From the NCBI GenBank assembly GCA_977018835.1, contig OZ361257.1, positions 3,100,001 through 3,164,000 of the forward strand: a stretch of DNA of 64,000 bases. The letters run 5' to 3'. Source of the DNA: Minutocellus sp. GHC0000111. Taxonomy: Eukaryota. The notes beneath the pieces were generated by a model. That model was not told where the DNA came from. It saw only the letters and a program-made list of their open reading frames with translations, and did no database searches. Made by a program: the position numbers and the translations under genes. Shown here piece after piece: positions 11,413 to 22,789 of the stretch (the stretch's first letter is position 1; each line of letters begins with the position of its first letter).

Positions 11413-14400
11413 TCACCACTGACCAACGCTATTGCCGTATCGGTCATCGACACGCCGTGTTGTCGACGTTTGTCCCTGCATTCCTCCTTGGCCACTCTCA
11501 GAGGGCCGGCCCGAGGGGTCAACCCGTCGATAAGGGTCATTCACAGCCCGCAGCTCATCATCCCGTGTCCACGTCGCCTCGTCTTGGGGTCTGGGAGGCT
11601 GTTGTTGTTGTTGTTGCTGCTGCCACTGCTGTCCAGCCATGCGATCATATTCTTCACGGCGATATCCATCACCACTATTGTACATTTTCATTTCTCGCTC
11701 CTCCTGTTCTTGACGTGCTTGCTGCATTCTGTACATCTCCTCCTCTTCCTGTTGTCTCTGCTGCTGGAATCGTATATTCTCCTCTTCTTCCTGTTGCCGT
11801 CGTCTCCGCTCATCCTCCATCATTTGCATTTCATCTTGTCTTCGAATCATTTCATTCTGCACCCTGCGCTGGCGTTCCTCCTCCTCTTCTTCCCCCTCCC
11901 TTCGCATTCTATTCTCCTCTGGATCTCTCCTTTCGTAGTCATCGTATCGAGATCTGCCGACAGGCATTCTACGTTCGTCTCTTTCAATGTCACTCAGTCG
12001 AATTCTGCTTCCATCTGAAGGCGGGAGACTAAAACGATCGCTGCTGCGACGCCTTTGACGACCATAGTAGTCATCTCTCCGAGCCGGTGGAAGAGATCGT
12101 CGGAGGGAGTCATCATTACGAAAATCATCATCTCTGCGATCCCAAGTCTCACTCATGGCACCCTCAAGATCAAACAGTTCTTCCCTGAGACGGTCGATTC
12201 TGTCTTGAATGATATCTATGTCTCTTCTGGCCTTGTCATAAGCTCGTCTTGTACGAGAATCTTTCTCACGGTCCATCATTTCCATTTCTCGGTCGTCCAA
12301 CGATCCCCTTCCGTAACGGCTGTACTCGTTGTCAATCTCCGCCATAATATCGTAGACTTCGGCGTTGAAGCGGGACTTGCGGTTCTTCATCTGCCGTTCA
12401 AGCTTTTTGATTTCGTTCTAATTGATCGAATTCGATTCAGGAGTGAATAGGAAATGCAAGGGAATTTGGTTTAAAATAGGGTGGTCGCAGGGAACATACA
12501 TGTAGGTAAGACAACAAAAAGGCAGAAGATCGATAATTGCAACACAACTCATACAGAAACTAACAGCGAAATACACGTACCATGATTCTCATCTTTGCAC
12601 CAGAGTCGACAATGGTTTTGGAGAGCTTTCGGAGAACATTTGGGCCTCTTCTTTGACGACCGTATGCACTTCTCCCCTCGTTGGTAGTGTAATCGACATC
12701 AATGACACCATCTCGCCGATCGATGTCTCTTCGAGGTTCTCTCCATCTTCCACCCCAGACATTTTTATTGCCAGTACCGTATTCATTCCCGTAGCCGTAC
12801 GAATCGTAGTATCGACCACTAGTAGATGATCGCCGACTGACGCCGTCCCCTCGGTAGAAAGTGCGGTCCATCCGATCTTGCCAAGAGAGGGCACGATTGT
12901 CATTACTGAAACGATCAAATGCATTGTATGAAGGTGCCTTGCCGACATCACTGAGGCGGACGGATCGTCCGGCGCCTCGGCGATTGCTGTCGTCATACTT
13001 TCCAACATCACTTAGTCGTACTCGATTGTTGTTGCCGCTTCTACTACCTTGGGCGTTGAATCCACCAGAATTGCGCCCGGCGGAAAAGGAAGCGCTATTG
13101 ACAAGAGCAGCTGCGGTGTTGATATTGGGGGTGTTGGCCGACGAGGGAGACGTGGCGGTGCTGTATTTGTAATAATTGCTATTGCCGTCACCATAACCAC
13201 TGCGTGCATTGAGCTTGGCCTTGTATGAATTGTTTAGCACACCGCTTCCTATACTGTTGCGACCACCGAACAGACCTTCAATACTCAACGGGGCGGTCCA
13301 GCCTCTGTATCGCTTCCGACCATTCTGGTCATAGTCAAAGAGTTTGCTATTGCTGCCACCAGCACCACGGTTATTGCTGCCACCTCCGTATGTTGCTAAC
13401 GATCGGCTCTGGCGTTCCCTCCGCTGCTGTTCGAGTTTCTGTTGCCGAGTAAATTGATTCTGTTCTCTCTCCCTCCGCTGCTGTTCAGCCCTTCGCCTCT
13501 TCCTTTCACGTTCCTCCTTCAGCCTTTGGTCTCGCTTCTGCTTCTCAAGACCTTGCCGTTCGGCACGTTGCCGGCGCTCGGCCTCCCGCTGCCTCCGCTG
13601 CTGCTCTCGATCGGCGTTGGCCTTGCCAACATCGCTGAGGCGAACACCGGCCCGTCGAGTAGACGATCCTCCAAGCCCTGCGCCCTGGAAGGTGTTGCCA
13701 AGGGCATTGGACTGGAAGCGATTGTTGAAACCATTGTTGCTAGTACCACTCTGGGCCTGACGTAGCCGTCTCTGAGCCGCCTGTTCTGCCGCACGATTCC
13801 TCGACATTAGTTGGCGATTTGCCTGAGCTTTGCCAATGTCACTGAGCCGGCCGGTGGAGGTTCCTGCCCGTCTGTTATTGGTCAGACTTTGGAACTGCCG
13901 ATTAGAATTGGCGTTGTTGTACGTGTACCGTCCCGTTCTCTGAAGTTGTTGTCGCTGCTGTTTCTGCTGCTGTCTGAACAGTCTTGCGACCGATAGAGAT
14001 GGACCGCCTCCAGTGCTCCCAGTATATCCCCCGCCGCCGTCGCTGATGCGATTGGAAAAGTTGGATGTGCGGCGATTTCCAGTTCCTCCAAAGCCTCCAT
14101 TGACATTGCCATTGGTATTGGTATTCCGGTAGGTTGCGGCAGGCTGGTTATAGCGCTGTTGCTGGTTTTGTCTCGCGTTGTAATTGTTCTTGTTGCTTTG
14201 GTTGCCAAAATTGAACAAATTGGCCAACCCACCGCCAGCACCGCCGCGATTACTACTGCTGCTGTTCCGTTTTCTCTGCTGAGTCCGACCATTAGCATTG
14301 TAGGTGTTGCCAAAATTGTTGTTATTGGAGCTGTTCCCATTGCGGCCATTACGGCCATTGCCTCTGGTCCTGCCGTTGCCAGACGTGGGAAGCTCGACAC

Positions 14401-14736
14401 TGTTGGTTCCTCCGTTGAAGAGGGTCGGTACGTCGAGCTTTGAGTCGAGCGGACGTAGGCGTCGTTGACGTTGGAGGTGGAGTATCCCTCCCCGTCGTTG
14501 TTGTTTCTGTTTCCGCCGCCGAAGGTCGAAAGCTGCAGGCGCGTGTCAGAGTCGGGACCGGTGCCGGTGGTGCGCGGCTGTTGTTGTTGTTGTTGTTGCT
14601 GTTGATTCGACAAGACGACGCCGACGCCGACACCGACGGGGGATGTTGGTGCGACAAAGGCCGAGACGCCCGAAATGGCGGTGGCGGCACAGACAAGGAA
14701 AAGCGCGGCGATTAGCGCAGAGCGTGCATGTGCCAT
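11413..14736 (-). CDS. Large plastid-targeted low-complexity (N/G/R/Q-rich) protein with repeated RLSD[VI] motifs; intron 12391-12580; apparent frameshift near 14425
   Basis: Signal peptide plus VSAFV; ORFs 13882-14805, 12560-14227 and 11413-12390 join through one frameshift and one phase-0 GT-AG intron. Confidence 0.7.
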
Positions 14737-15341
14737 GTTCGACTGAGCACTTGCAGCACGGCCAGTACCAGTGCCAGTCTCAGGCGTCAACGCCATGCTT
14801 CTCACAAGGAACTAACAATAATTATTGCGAGAGAATGATTCTTCAATCGAGAATGTTGCGAGCGGCGGGCGCGCGCTCCGATTTTGGCACAGACCAGATT
14901 GACAATTGGTCCAGTGGAGCTTAGAGTGGTCGATCGAGCTCAACCTCGTGCCCTGGCGTCGACCACAACAGGTGTCGGAGAAGAATGCTAATTCCTTTGG
15001 GGAAGGACGTAATAGGCAGCAGCAGTCGGCGAGCGAAGAAGCAAGTGCAGAACTCTCCCGCCTCGATTGATTTGGCGCCTTCTTCTCCCCTGCCCTCGAC
15101 CTTGCCACGTCGACTCGATTTTCGATTCGATTCACTCGACTCGACTCGCAGAAGATGGCCGAGATGTTTCATCAAAATGATGCTGCAATGCATGACTACT
15201 GATGAGCGAAAACGCTTTTCCCTTGCTTGAAAACGATCCAAAGAAGGAATTCCTATTCCTAAACCAGAAGAGCACAGCCAAGGCGAGCACAGAGTACAGA
15301 GCTGTCACCACAGTACTAGTAGAATTCCTACATGTACAAGA

Positions 15342-17015
15342 ATGAGCGACGACGATGCATCGACATCGTCGTCCACATCCACATCCGTATCCTCATCCAC
15401 GCCAACCACCCCAGCACAGGTGCCTCCTCTGTACTCGCTGGCGGACGTCCTCAATCGAATCGAGGAGGTGACGATGGCCATCGTGGATGCTCTTCATGCT
15501 CGCAACGAGCCTCTGCTGACAACGCCTCTATCGGTCCGGTCGGCCACCAAATACACGTACCGTCGCCGGCGGCGCGCGGGCGGCAGCCATGCAGCGGTGA
15601 TCGGCAGCAACGAGATGGATGAGGATGGCATCTACGGTGGCCGGATCGGCCGTCCGACCAGCGGCTCCACAACTCCAGGCAATGGCGCCGCCGCTGCTGC
15701 CGCTGCCGCTACTGCTGTCGTGACCAAGTCCCTCAACCTTCACCAGTGCCGATCGTACACCTCCGTGCTCCTCATACTGTCCTTCGTGCAGAATCTGCTC
15801 CAATCCAAACGAACCACCACCACCCGGGAGGTATACTACCACTACGTGACGCACTTTCGGTCGCAGAGGGAGTGCGATGCCGCCATTCTGGACTGCGCCG
15901 CCCTGCTTCAAGTGCCCCGTGTTGCGTTGGGTTTGGCGGCATCTCCCAAGGGCTGGTTCTGTGGCTGCGTCGAGATAATGCGGTGTCATGATGATGGTGG
16001 CAGTGTGGATGGAGAAACAACCTGCTCCACCAACGCCGCCTACGCCTCCGACGGAGGGACCGGAGCTCAAAGTCGAGTCGATGGGACGGCACTCTCGTCC
16101 GTCCAGGGGCTGCCCATCACTCGGGAGTGGATCGATAGGTCAACAACGATGCAATCGACGGCGGAGAAAAGTACCAGCACCAGTACCGGTACTAGTACCA
16201 GTGGCACGTTCCATGCATCTCAGCCGTTCCAAATATCCAGCCGCAATGCCAAGTGCATCCTGGTCATAGAGAAAGAGGGTGTTTATACCCGCCTTTCGGA
16301 GGATCGCTTCTATGATCGCTATCCTTGCATCCTGGTGACCGGCAAGGGCTATCCGGATCTCGCCACTCGGGCTCTGGTATATACTCTTCACACCGAGCTT
16401 GGGCTGCCAGTCTATGGATTGTGCGATTGCAATCCGTACGGAATCGGGGTTCTGCAGACGTACAGGAGAGGAAGTGCTCGGATGGGTCTGGACGGTACCG
16501 AGCGTTACGGTGTACCCATCCAGTGGGTGGGCCTTCGTCCGTCTCAAGTACATGCCATGAGGTCGGGGTCGGGGTCGGATTTGCCCTCCAACGTCTTCCA
16601 AGCGTTGACCAACTTGGATCGAAAAAAGATTGCGCGGCTTGGGGAAGAGGGTTGCGCATTCGTATCAGGCGACGATGTCACGGCCAAGTCCCGAATGTAT
16701 CGAAGGCAGGAACTTGCTCTCATGGATGAAATGGGTATCAAGGTTGAGCTCGAATCGTTGCACTGGATGGGCGTGGATTACATGTGCAAGTGGCTCGAAA
16801 AGATCATGCTTAGTCATGAGAAGTTGCAGCAGAAGGAGCTACAGAAGGAGGAGGATGAAGAGGAGGGCGAAGAAGAAGAAGAAACAGCGAGTACAATCGA
16901 TACCTGCAGTGTCAAAGATGCGAGCGACGATGATGCTAGCTGCAGTAGCGCCAGCAGCAGCTTGAATGGGAAGGAAGAAATGATCCGTTCTCTGAGCTGC
17001 GTGTGTATTCTCTGA
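15342..17015 (+). CDS. SPO11-2: Meiotic SPO11 / topoisomerase VI subunit A family, SPO11-2 type
   Basis: TREVYY catalytic Tyr motif, ILVIEKEGVY, LVTGKGYPDLATR, and DCNPYG (DxN as in SPO11-2, rather than DxD). Confidence 0.88.
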   Translation: MSDDDASTSSSTSTSVSSSTPTTPAQVPPLYSLADVLNRIEEVTMAIVDALHARNEPLLTTPLSVRSATKYTYRRRRRAGGSHAAVIGSNEMDEDGIYGGRIGRPTSGSTTPGNGAAAAAAAATAVVTKSLNLHQCRSYTSVLLILSFVQNLLQSKRTTTTREVYYHYVTHFRSQRECDAAILDCAALLQVPRVALGLAASPKGWFCGCVEIMRCHDDGGSVDGETTCSTNAAYASDGGTGAQSRVDGTALSSVQGLPITREWIDRSTTMQSTAEKSTSTSTGTSTSGTFHASQPFQISSRNAKCILVIEKEGVYTRLSEDRFYDRYPCILVTGKGYPDLATRALVYTLHTELGLPVYGLCDCNPYGIGVLQTYRRGSARMGLDGTERYGVPIQWVGLRPSQVHAMRSGSGSDLPSNVFQALTNLDRKKIARLGEEGCAFVSGDDVTAKSRMYRRQELALMDEMGIKVELESLHWMGVDYMCKWLEKIMLSHEKLQQKELQKEEDEEEGEEEEETASTIDTCSVKDASDDDASCSSASSSLNGKEEMIRSLSCVCIL

Positions 17016-17266
17016 AAAAAAAACGAAGAGCATACTGGTACTGGTGCATGTATCTTTGGGCTTCACCGGTACTGCATCTAGCTACGTAGCTAGCGCGTTC
17101 AGTACATGTACTGAACAGGTCATAGTTCAATCTAAGCACCAATACTTTTAGGTCATGTACGCTACAACAGTCCCCCTTATTAAAATCCAGTGCTATCCTA
17201 CCTAGGTACGGTAGATAGCTAGCTAGCAGGTACGATGATGACACGGCAATACCTCACTAGCAGTTA

Positions 17267-19729
17267 CTACTGGGACTTGTGACATGCCTCTTGAGCCTTT
17301 TCATCGGAAGAAGAAAGCCCACTTCTGACGGTGAATTCAAAGCCCAATGCCTCAAGCCGTGAGAAACGCTCCCAAGTCATTTGAGTTTGTCCTGAATGAG
17401 AAGTCTTGCCTTCCAGCATGTTCTTCATTGCAATTCTTTGAGCATCCACCCACGCTCCAAGTGTCCCGTGATTCCTGGGCACATTTGTGTGCCCATTGGC
17501 CACATGATACTGCCTCAACATTTCGAGCTTGGTAGCCCATTCTTCATCCCCGTCACTACTCGATGTCGTCCAGTCAAAGCCCAAATGATTAAGCTGCTTT
17601 ATTTGATTTTCCGTCAACTGCGAGCATCGATCGGACCATAGATTTGCATAATGTTGGCGCTGGATATCGCACCATGCCGATAGCTCACATACCCTTGGTT
17701 CAGTTGGCCAAGGCTGCACATTCGTATGTCCATTAATCACCTTGTACTGTGAAAGCTCAAAAAACATCTGATCCCATTGATCGGAATCCACGTCTTTCCC
17801 CGCATCATCCCATTCAAGCTTAAGATTATCCTTGTTTGCCGATTTTGGCAGCGGTTGGCTATTTACTGCATCCTCCGCCTTGGAATCCGTTTTGGGATCC
17901 TCTAACATGGTGCTAGCAGGTTTCCCTGATTTCGTCCCTGGACATACCACCCAAGTAAATCCAATTGAATTGAGAAGCGCCTGTTCGTTCAGAGCGGGTA
18001 ACGATGAATGAAGCAAAACATTAGATTTTCTGTTCGGTCAGTATCATGCTTCCAAATTCGAAAACACCAGCGGTTGTATACAAAAAGAAAGTTCATACAA
18101 TAAACTCACCACCTTCTCCGATGTCAGTATATTAGAAGTTTTGCCCGCTTGACGTTCTCGGAAGAATTTTCTTTGCTTTTGCACCCAAATCCCGAGGCTA
18201 TTGAGCCCAGAAAGGGCAAATGGAAATAAATGCATTGCATGAGGTAACAAGCTACGTAGAACCAAAACCGAAACAGACAAATCCAAATAAATTCAAATCC
18301 TTACCTATTGTCTTGCTTTCTGGTTACGATGCAATGACCATGCTGTTCTTTGAATTTGACGAGTTGGTCGAACCAAATTTTCCACTTGCGATCATTTCTA
18401 TCAGCACCTTTGGCAGTGGCCGGACTAGCAGGACCATCATCTTCAGCAGATCCCTTCCGTACGCGCTTCCAAATTCCTCTTGGCTGTGAGTTTGAGAAAG
18501 AATTGTTACCGTATTGAAAATGTTGAGACGAGAGAAAATAAAAGAAAGAAATATTGGAAGACGTAAATTACGATAACTGACTCACATCCCAGTCAAAATC
18601 TAATGCATTCCTAAAGTGATGCCAAACGAGTAAATCAATGTCAGCAGAGACGAAGAGAAATGTGAGATAGATGATTGAAATATAATCATTTATTTATTTG
18701 ATCGAACCGCACACAGTGGCGGCTCATTCTCAATGCGATCGTAGAGTAAGCCAAAAGCCTCAAAGCAGTACATTTTTCGATGCAAGCGCTTTTAGAGTGA
18801 TAGTTCGTGCTCGCGTTTTTATACACTGTGCGCGCAATTGCTCTCAGCTTACAATAAATCCTAAAAGAGAGTGCAGCGTTATGTTGAGAATTTTCGATAG
18901 GAAAAAAATGTGAGATAAAAGTTCCAATGCAGGCGACGCAAAGCAAGTCAAAAGTCCGAGCAACCTTCAGCAAAATGCCCACGATGCGCTCCTGCTTACT
19001 TACAATCCGCTCCTGATTCATCTGGGATTGTCGACCCTCGCATAGTAGCTTATATTGCGTTCGTTGAGTAGAAACCCAGCACCCGAGTTTCTTTTCTCGC
19101 TGCGGAACATTGCAGTTGCCATGCTTCCTCTTCCATTCGATCAATTCTTTATAGCGCGACATCCACTGTTCCTTAAGCATGGCTGTACTCTTACGCGTTA
19201 CCTCGCTGTCAGATCGTTGTCTTAGTCTGGATGTTGTGCAACTAGCAATGTTGCCCGCGCCCCTCGAGAACAAATTATTGGATTGAGCAGTGGCACTGGC
19301 AGCCACAGCTGCTGCCGGAACCACCGTTGGCAGTAGCGATCGTTCAGCTGGTATTGATACTTCTACATGTTCAGGATGCGGCACAGCTGACGCTGCTGCA
19401 GCGGCGACGTTGTCGGCAATGGAAGTCGCCACCACATCTGACAGCACACTTTCCTCCCCTCCATCCACGTCGCCCTGCAAAGGGAGAAGGGGCGGGCTTC
19501 CCATGACATTATCAGCGCCCAGCGATCCAAAGTTGGGAGACTCATCGACGGACATGGATTGATTCCCATCGGCGCTGTTTAAGAACTGCTGCGCCGGATG
19601 ATTGACCTCATCTCCCGGATCGATGTCAAACATGGCCGACGAAATTCCCGCCTCCAAGAGAAGGTTCATGTTGCTATCCATATCCCCCATAACTTCTGGT
19701 TTCGGTTGGGCGGTGTTGGACTGACACAT
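17267..19729 (-). CDS. Helicase-associated (HA) repeat protein with 4 HA domains; exons 19729-19004, 18860-18853, 18610-18586, 18483-18305, 18197-18110, 17980-17267
   Basis: Repeated W...Y.EL..(F/Y)K..HGH.NVP....LG.WV..QR...RI..L..LGF.W units; splice phases are consistent; start codon uncertain. Confidence 0.88.
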
Positions 19730-20428
19730 GTGTCATGCAAACGCAAAGGGGTGTGTGAATACCGGCAAGAGCTAATGAGCTAATGAGCTCAAGCAAGACG
19801 AACGACAGATTGTAGAAGCAAGGGGCCTCCATTGGTGACAGCGGCAGCAGCTATCATGGCATTATACTATTAGAACGCCGTGCCATCCCTTCGCATCGAT
19901 CATCGCAAATATGGGAGCGTCTTACTTACGATCTGTATCTTAACGAACGACCAAATAAATAATGTTCCTACTCTACTTTGAGAGACAAGAGTTGCGGCTG
20001 CTCTCCAACCCTTTCTACAGTGATATTGGTAAGACGACTGCAGGGGAGATGATCTGCCCGCCCGCCGAAATTTGAATTGAAACGGCACGATGAGGTGATA
20101 TTGGACCGCTGAAGGAGGCTGAAATCATCCATCATTGGCACCTGATGATGAGATAGATGTCAGTCAGCCAAATCGACATGATGCGGCTTCTCGTTCAAAG
20201 GCCCGGACACCCGGAAGATACCAATGACCGCCTTTTTGGTACGTACGAGTTTGTACGTACATGCAACTTGAAGAACCACCTCACACACAGTCGACGAAAC
20301 AAGCTTGAATGCAGCTTGCAGCGATCCGCCTTCCTCCAGAAGTAATCCTCTCGGCTCGGTGCGATCCTGAACTCACTGCACAATTCTATCTATCCACGCA
20401 TCACAATACTGTAGTAAAAGAAACAAAA

Positions 20429-21956
20429 ATGAAGATTGCTGGCGTTGCTCTTTCGGCTGCTCTGATTGGAGGGGCTTCGGCTTTTGCGCCGGTTTCCCGT
20501 ACGATTCCCTCGTCGTCGTCCTCTGCCCTTCGATCCACTATGGAACCACCGGCACCAGAGCGAGTGGCACCTGATGCGGCATGGATGCCCGAATGGGAGG
20601 GCCGTGTAGGCAAGGACCCGTCCGAATTCCTCAAGTCGGATGAATCCAACCCCGATCTCAGCGGTATGTGGGAATGTCCTCTCACTCAATGGGATTCGGA
20701 CAACATCAACATCGAGGAGGCGCAGGCCATTGCCAAGAAGCAGCCTCACTGTCCCCTCGAGCTCCGAGCGACGCCCGAAGACAATGCCAAGGGCGTCGAG
20801 TATTTCCGCGAAAACAAGGAACAGATCCGCGCCGATCTGCTCAAGTATGGCGCCGTCTGGGTGCGCGGCTTTGACCTAATGCAGGACGTCAATGGCTACC
20901 GTGCCATGTGGCACGCCCTGGGATTCGAGCCTTGCCTCGATCCCCTCCATTCCTCTGGTCTGCGCAAGTTTGCCTCCGAGCGCGATGCGCTGTACGAGGA
21001 GGTGAACAAGCCCAGCCTTCGGGGACATTACATCGGCCTGCACTGCGAGTCGACCGCCAAGAGGACGGCTGCCTATGCCGCCTTCGTCTGCTTCCAACGC
21101 GCCACTGAGCCCATGGAGCCCCGGGGACGGTTCCTGGTTGCCGATGGAGCCGCCATCCTCGCCGAGATGGACCCCAAGGTCCTGAAGAAGCTGTACGATC
21201 GCAAGATTCGGATCAGTGTGAGCAACTTGGACATTCCTCCGTCGTTCCCAGGCGTTGTGAAGGATGGCATCAAGGGACTGGTTGACGCTGCCGTTGCGCC
21301 CAAGTTCGATATGGATTTGGAGATGATATATGAGGCAGATGGCAAGCCAGGGCGATTGCAGGTGAGTTGATACATTGGCGTTGGGGATGCGTTATGAAAA
21401 TGACATTGGCTCGTCAAAAACGGTGCATTTCGTGACGACATCTTATCTTATGCTTCTTTCTAACAAAACAGTACGATTCTTGATTCCCTCCTCTACCAAC
21501 ACCCAAGGCCGTTGAAACCGCCGAGTCACCCATTAATCGTCACCCCGTTACGGGCATGCCGGTATGGTTCAACAACACACACAACCACGCCCGCAAGCTG
21601 CGCGATCGACGACCCTGCGGCGTACCAGAGGTGGGAATGACGGAAGTTTCTATGCGGATACCATGGAGCCGCTCGATTTGGAGGACTGCCAGGAGATCAA
21701 GAGGGCATCGGAAAAGTGCATCACAGCCCTTTCCATGGAACCGGGAGATGTTTTGCTGGTGGACAACTACCGTGCCCTTCACGGCCGCGACGTATTCCAG
21801 GGCGATCGATTCCACGCTGTTAGTTGGTTCACCTGGGATGAAAATGCCGAGTGGAGAGGCGACGAGAGGCGCATTGTGGACAAGGATCCATTCAACAAGG
21901 CAATCAATAAGATGATGGACTTCCTTCCCAAGGACTTTGAGTCTGATCAGAGTTAA
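20429..21956 (+). CDS. Plastid-targeted TauD/TfdA-family (clavaminate synthase-like) Fe(II)/2OG dioxygenase; intron 21362-21507; apparent frameshift near 21650
   Basis: GASAFAP presequence; YGAVWVRGF, HxE (LHCE), HPVTG..VWFN, GDVLLVDNYRALHGR. Confidence 0.88.
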
Positions 21957-22204
21957 AGGGAATTGATCGATGATAACTAGGCTACGTAGCTAGATCTAGA
22001 GTAGATTGGTGCTGCTCGGAAGATGCTTGCAGCTTGACATGTAGATCTACCTTTTTGGGTAGAACATGTACTGACCGGTCGGTAGATCTACCGACCGGCA
22101 GGATCTAAAGACGCAGACACTTGCAAAATTTATATTATATTCATGTTTCTAGATCTATATACGACGTTTATTTATATAATAGAGTGTAAAAGATCTCTGT
22201 AGAT

Positions 22205-22392
22205 AGAGACTGGCCGATGCTCTGAGGGATTCTCTGCTTGTCATTCGAAAAGGCAGGGAGTACGGGTACTACGAGCAATTCCGAGGTTACAGGAGCGGCC
22301 CTGAGTATCACTACGAGTAAGAAAGACGAAGTTTCTGCGGTGAATTACCTTGACTCTATTGATCTCACTTATTCAAGATGACAATTTGATAA
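22205..22392 (+). mobile_element. 5'-truncated 3' end of a non-LTR retrotransposon (same family as 50058-50182 and 50206-51177)
   Basis: Encodes REYGYYEQFRGYRSGPEYHYE*, nearly identical to the end of ORF 50297-51094; 3' UTR matches 50058-50130. Confidence 0.8.
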
Positions 22393-22454
22393 ACGTTTGC
22401 GTAGATTCTATTCATACATGTACCGGTAGATCTCTAGATCTAGATCTGATTTGA

Positions 22455-22498
22455 CACACGCACGCACGCACGCATGCACGCACGCACACACACACACA
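22455..22498. repeat. (CACG)n/(CA)n microsatellite
   Basis: Seen directly. Confidence 0.9.
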
Positions 22499-22789
22499 TA
22501 ACAAGAGAGTCTTTATATTTGTATATATAACATGTAAGCTTCATTTTACAAACATGCAACTAGATTTGGGAATTCCTTTTCAAATCACTCACACCACCAT
22601 CGATCGTGAGGCTTTGATTGACTCATTTTTCGATGGGCGTGTGCATGACCAGGAACTCAAGCGACTTGTGCATGATGATGACTGCCATTGCTTCATGCCG
22701 TGCCGGTAATTCGATCATCTAGATCTACTTGGAGAATGTAATTGCTAGCCACAAGCCAACAGGACTGCACATTGTACGGTACCAGCATA

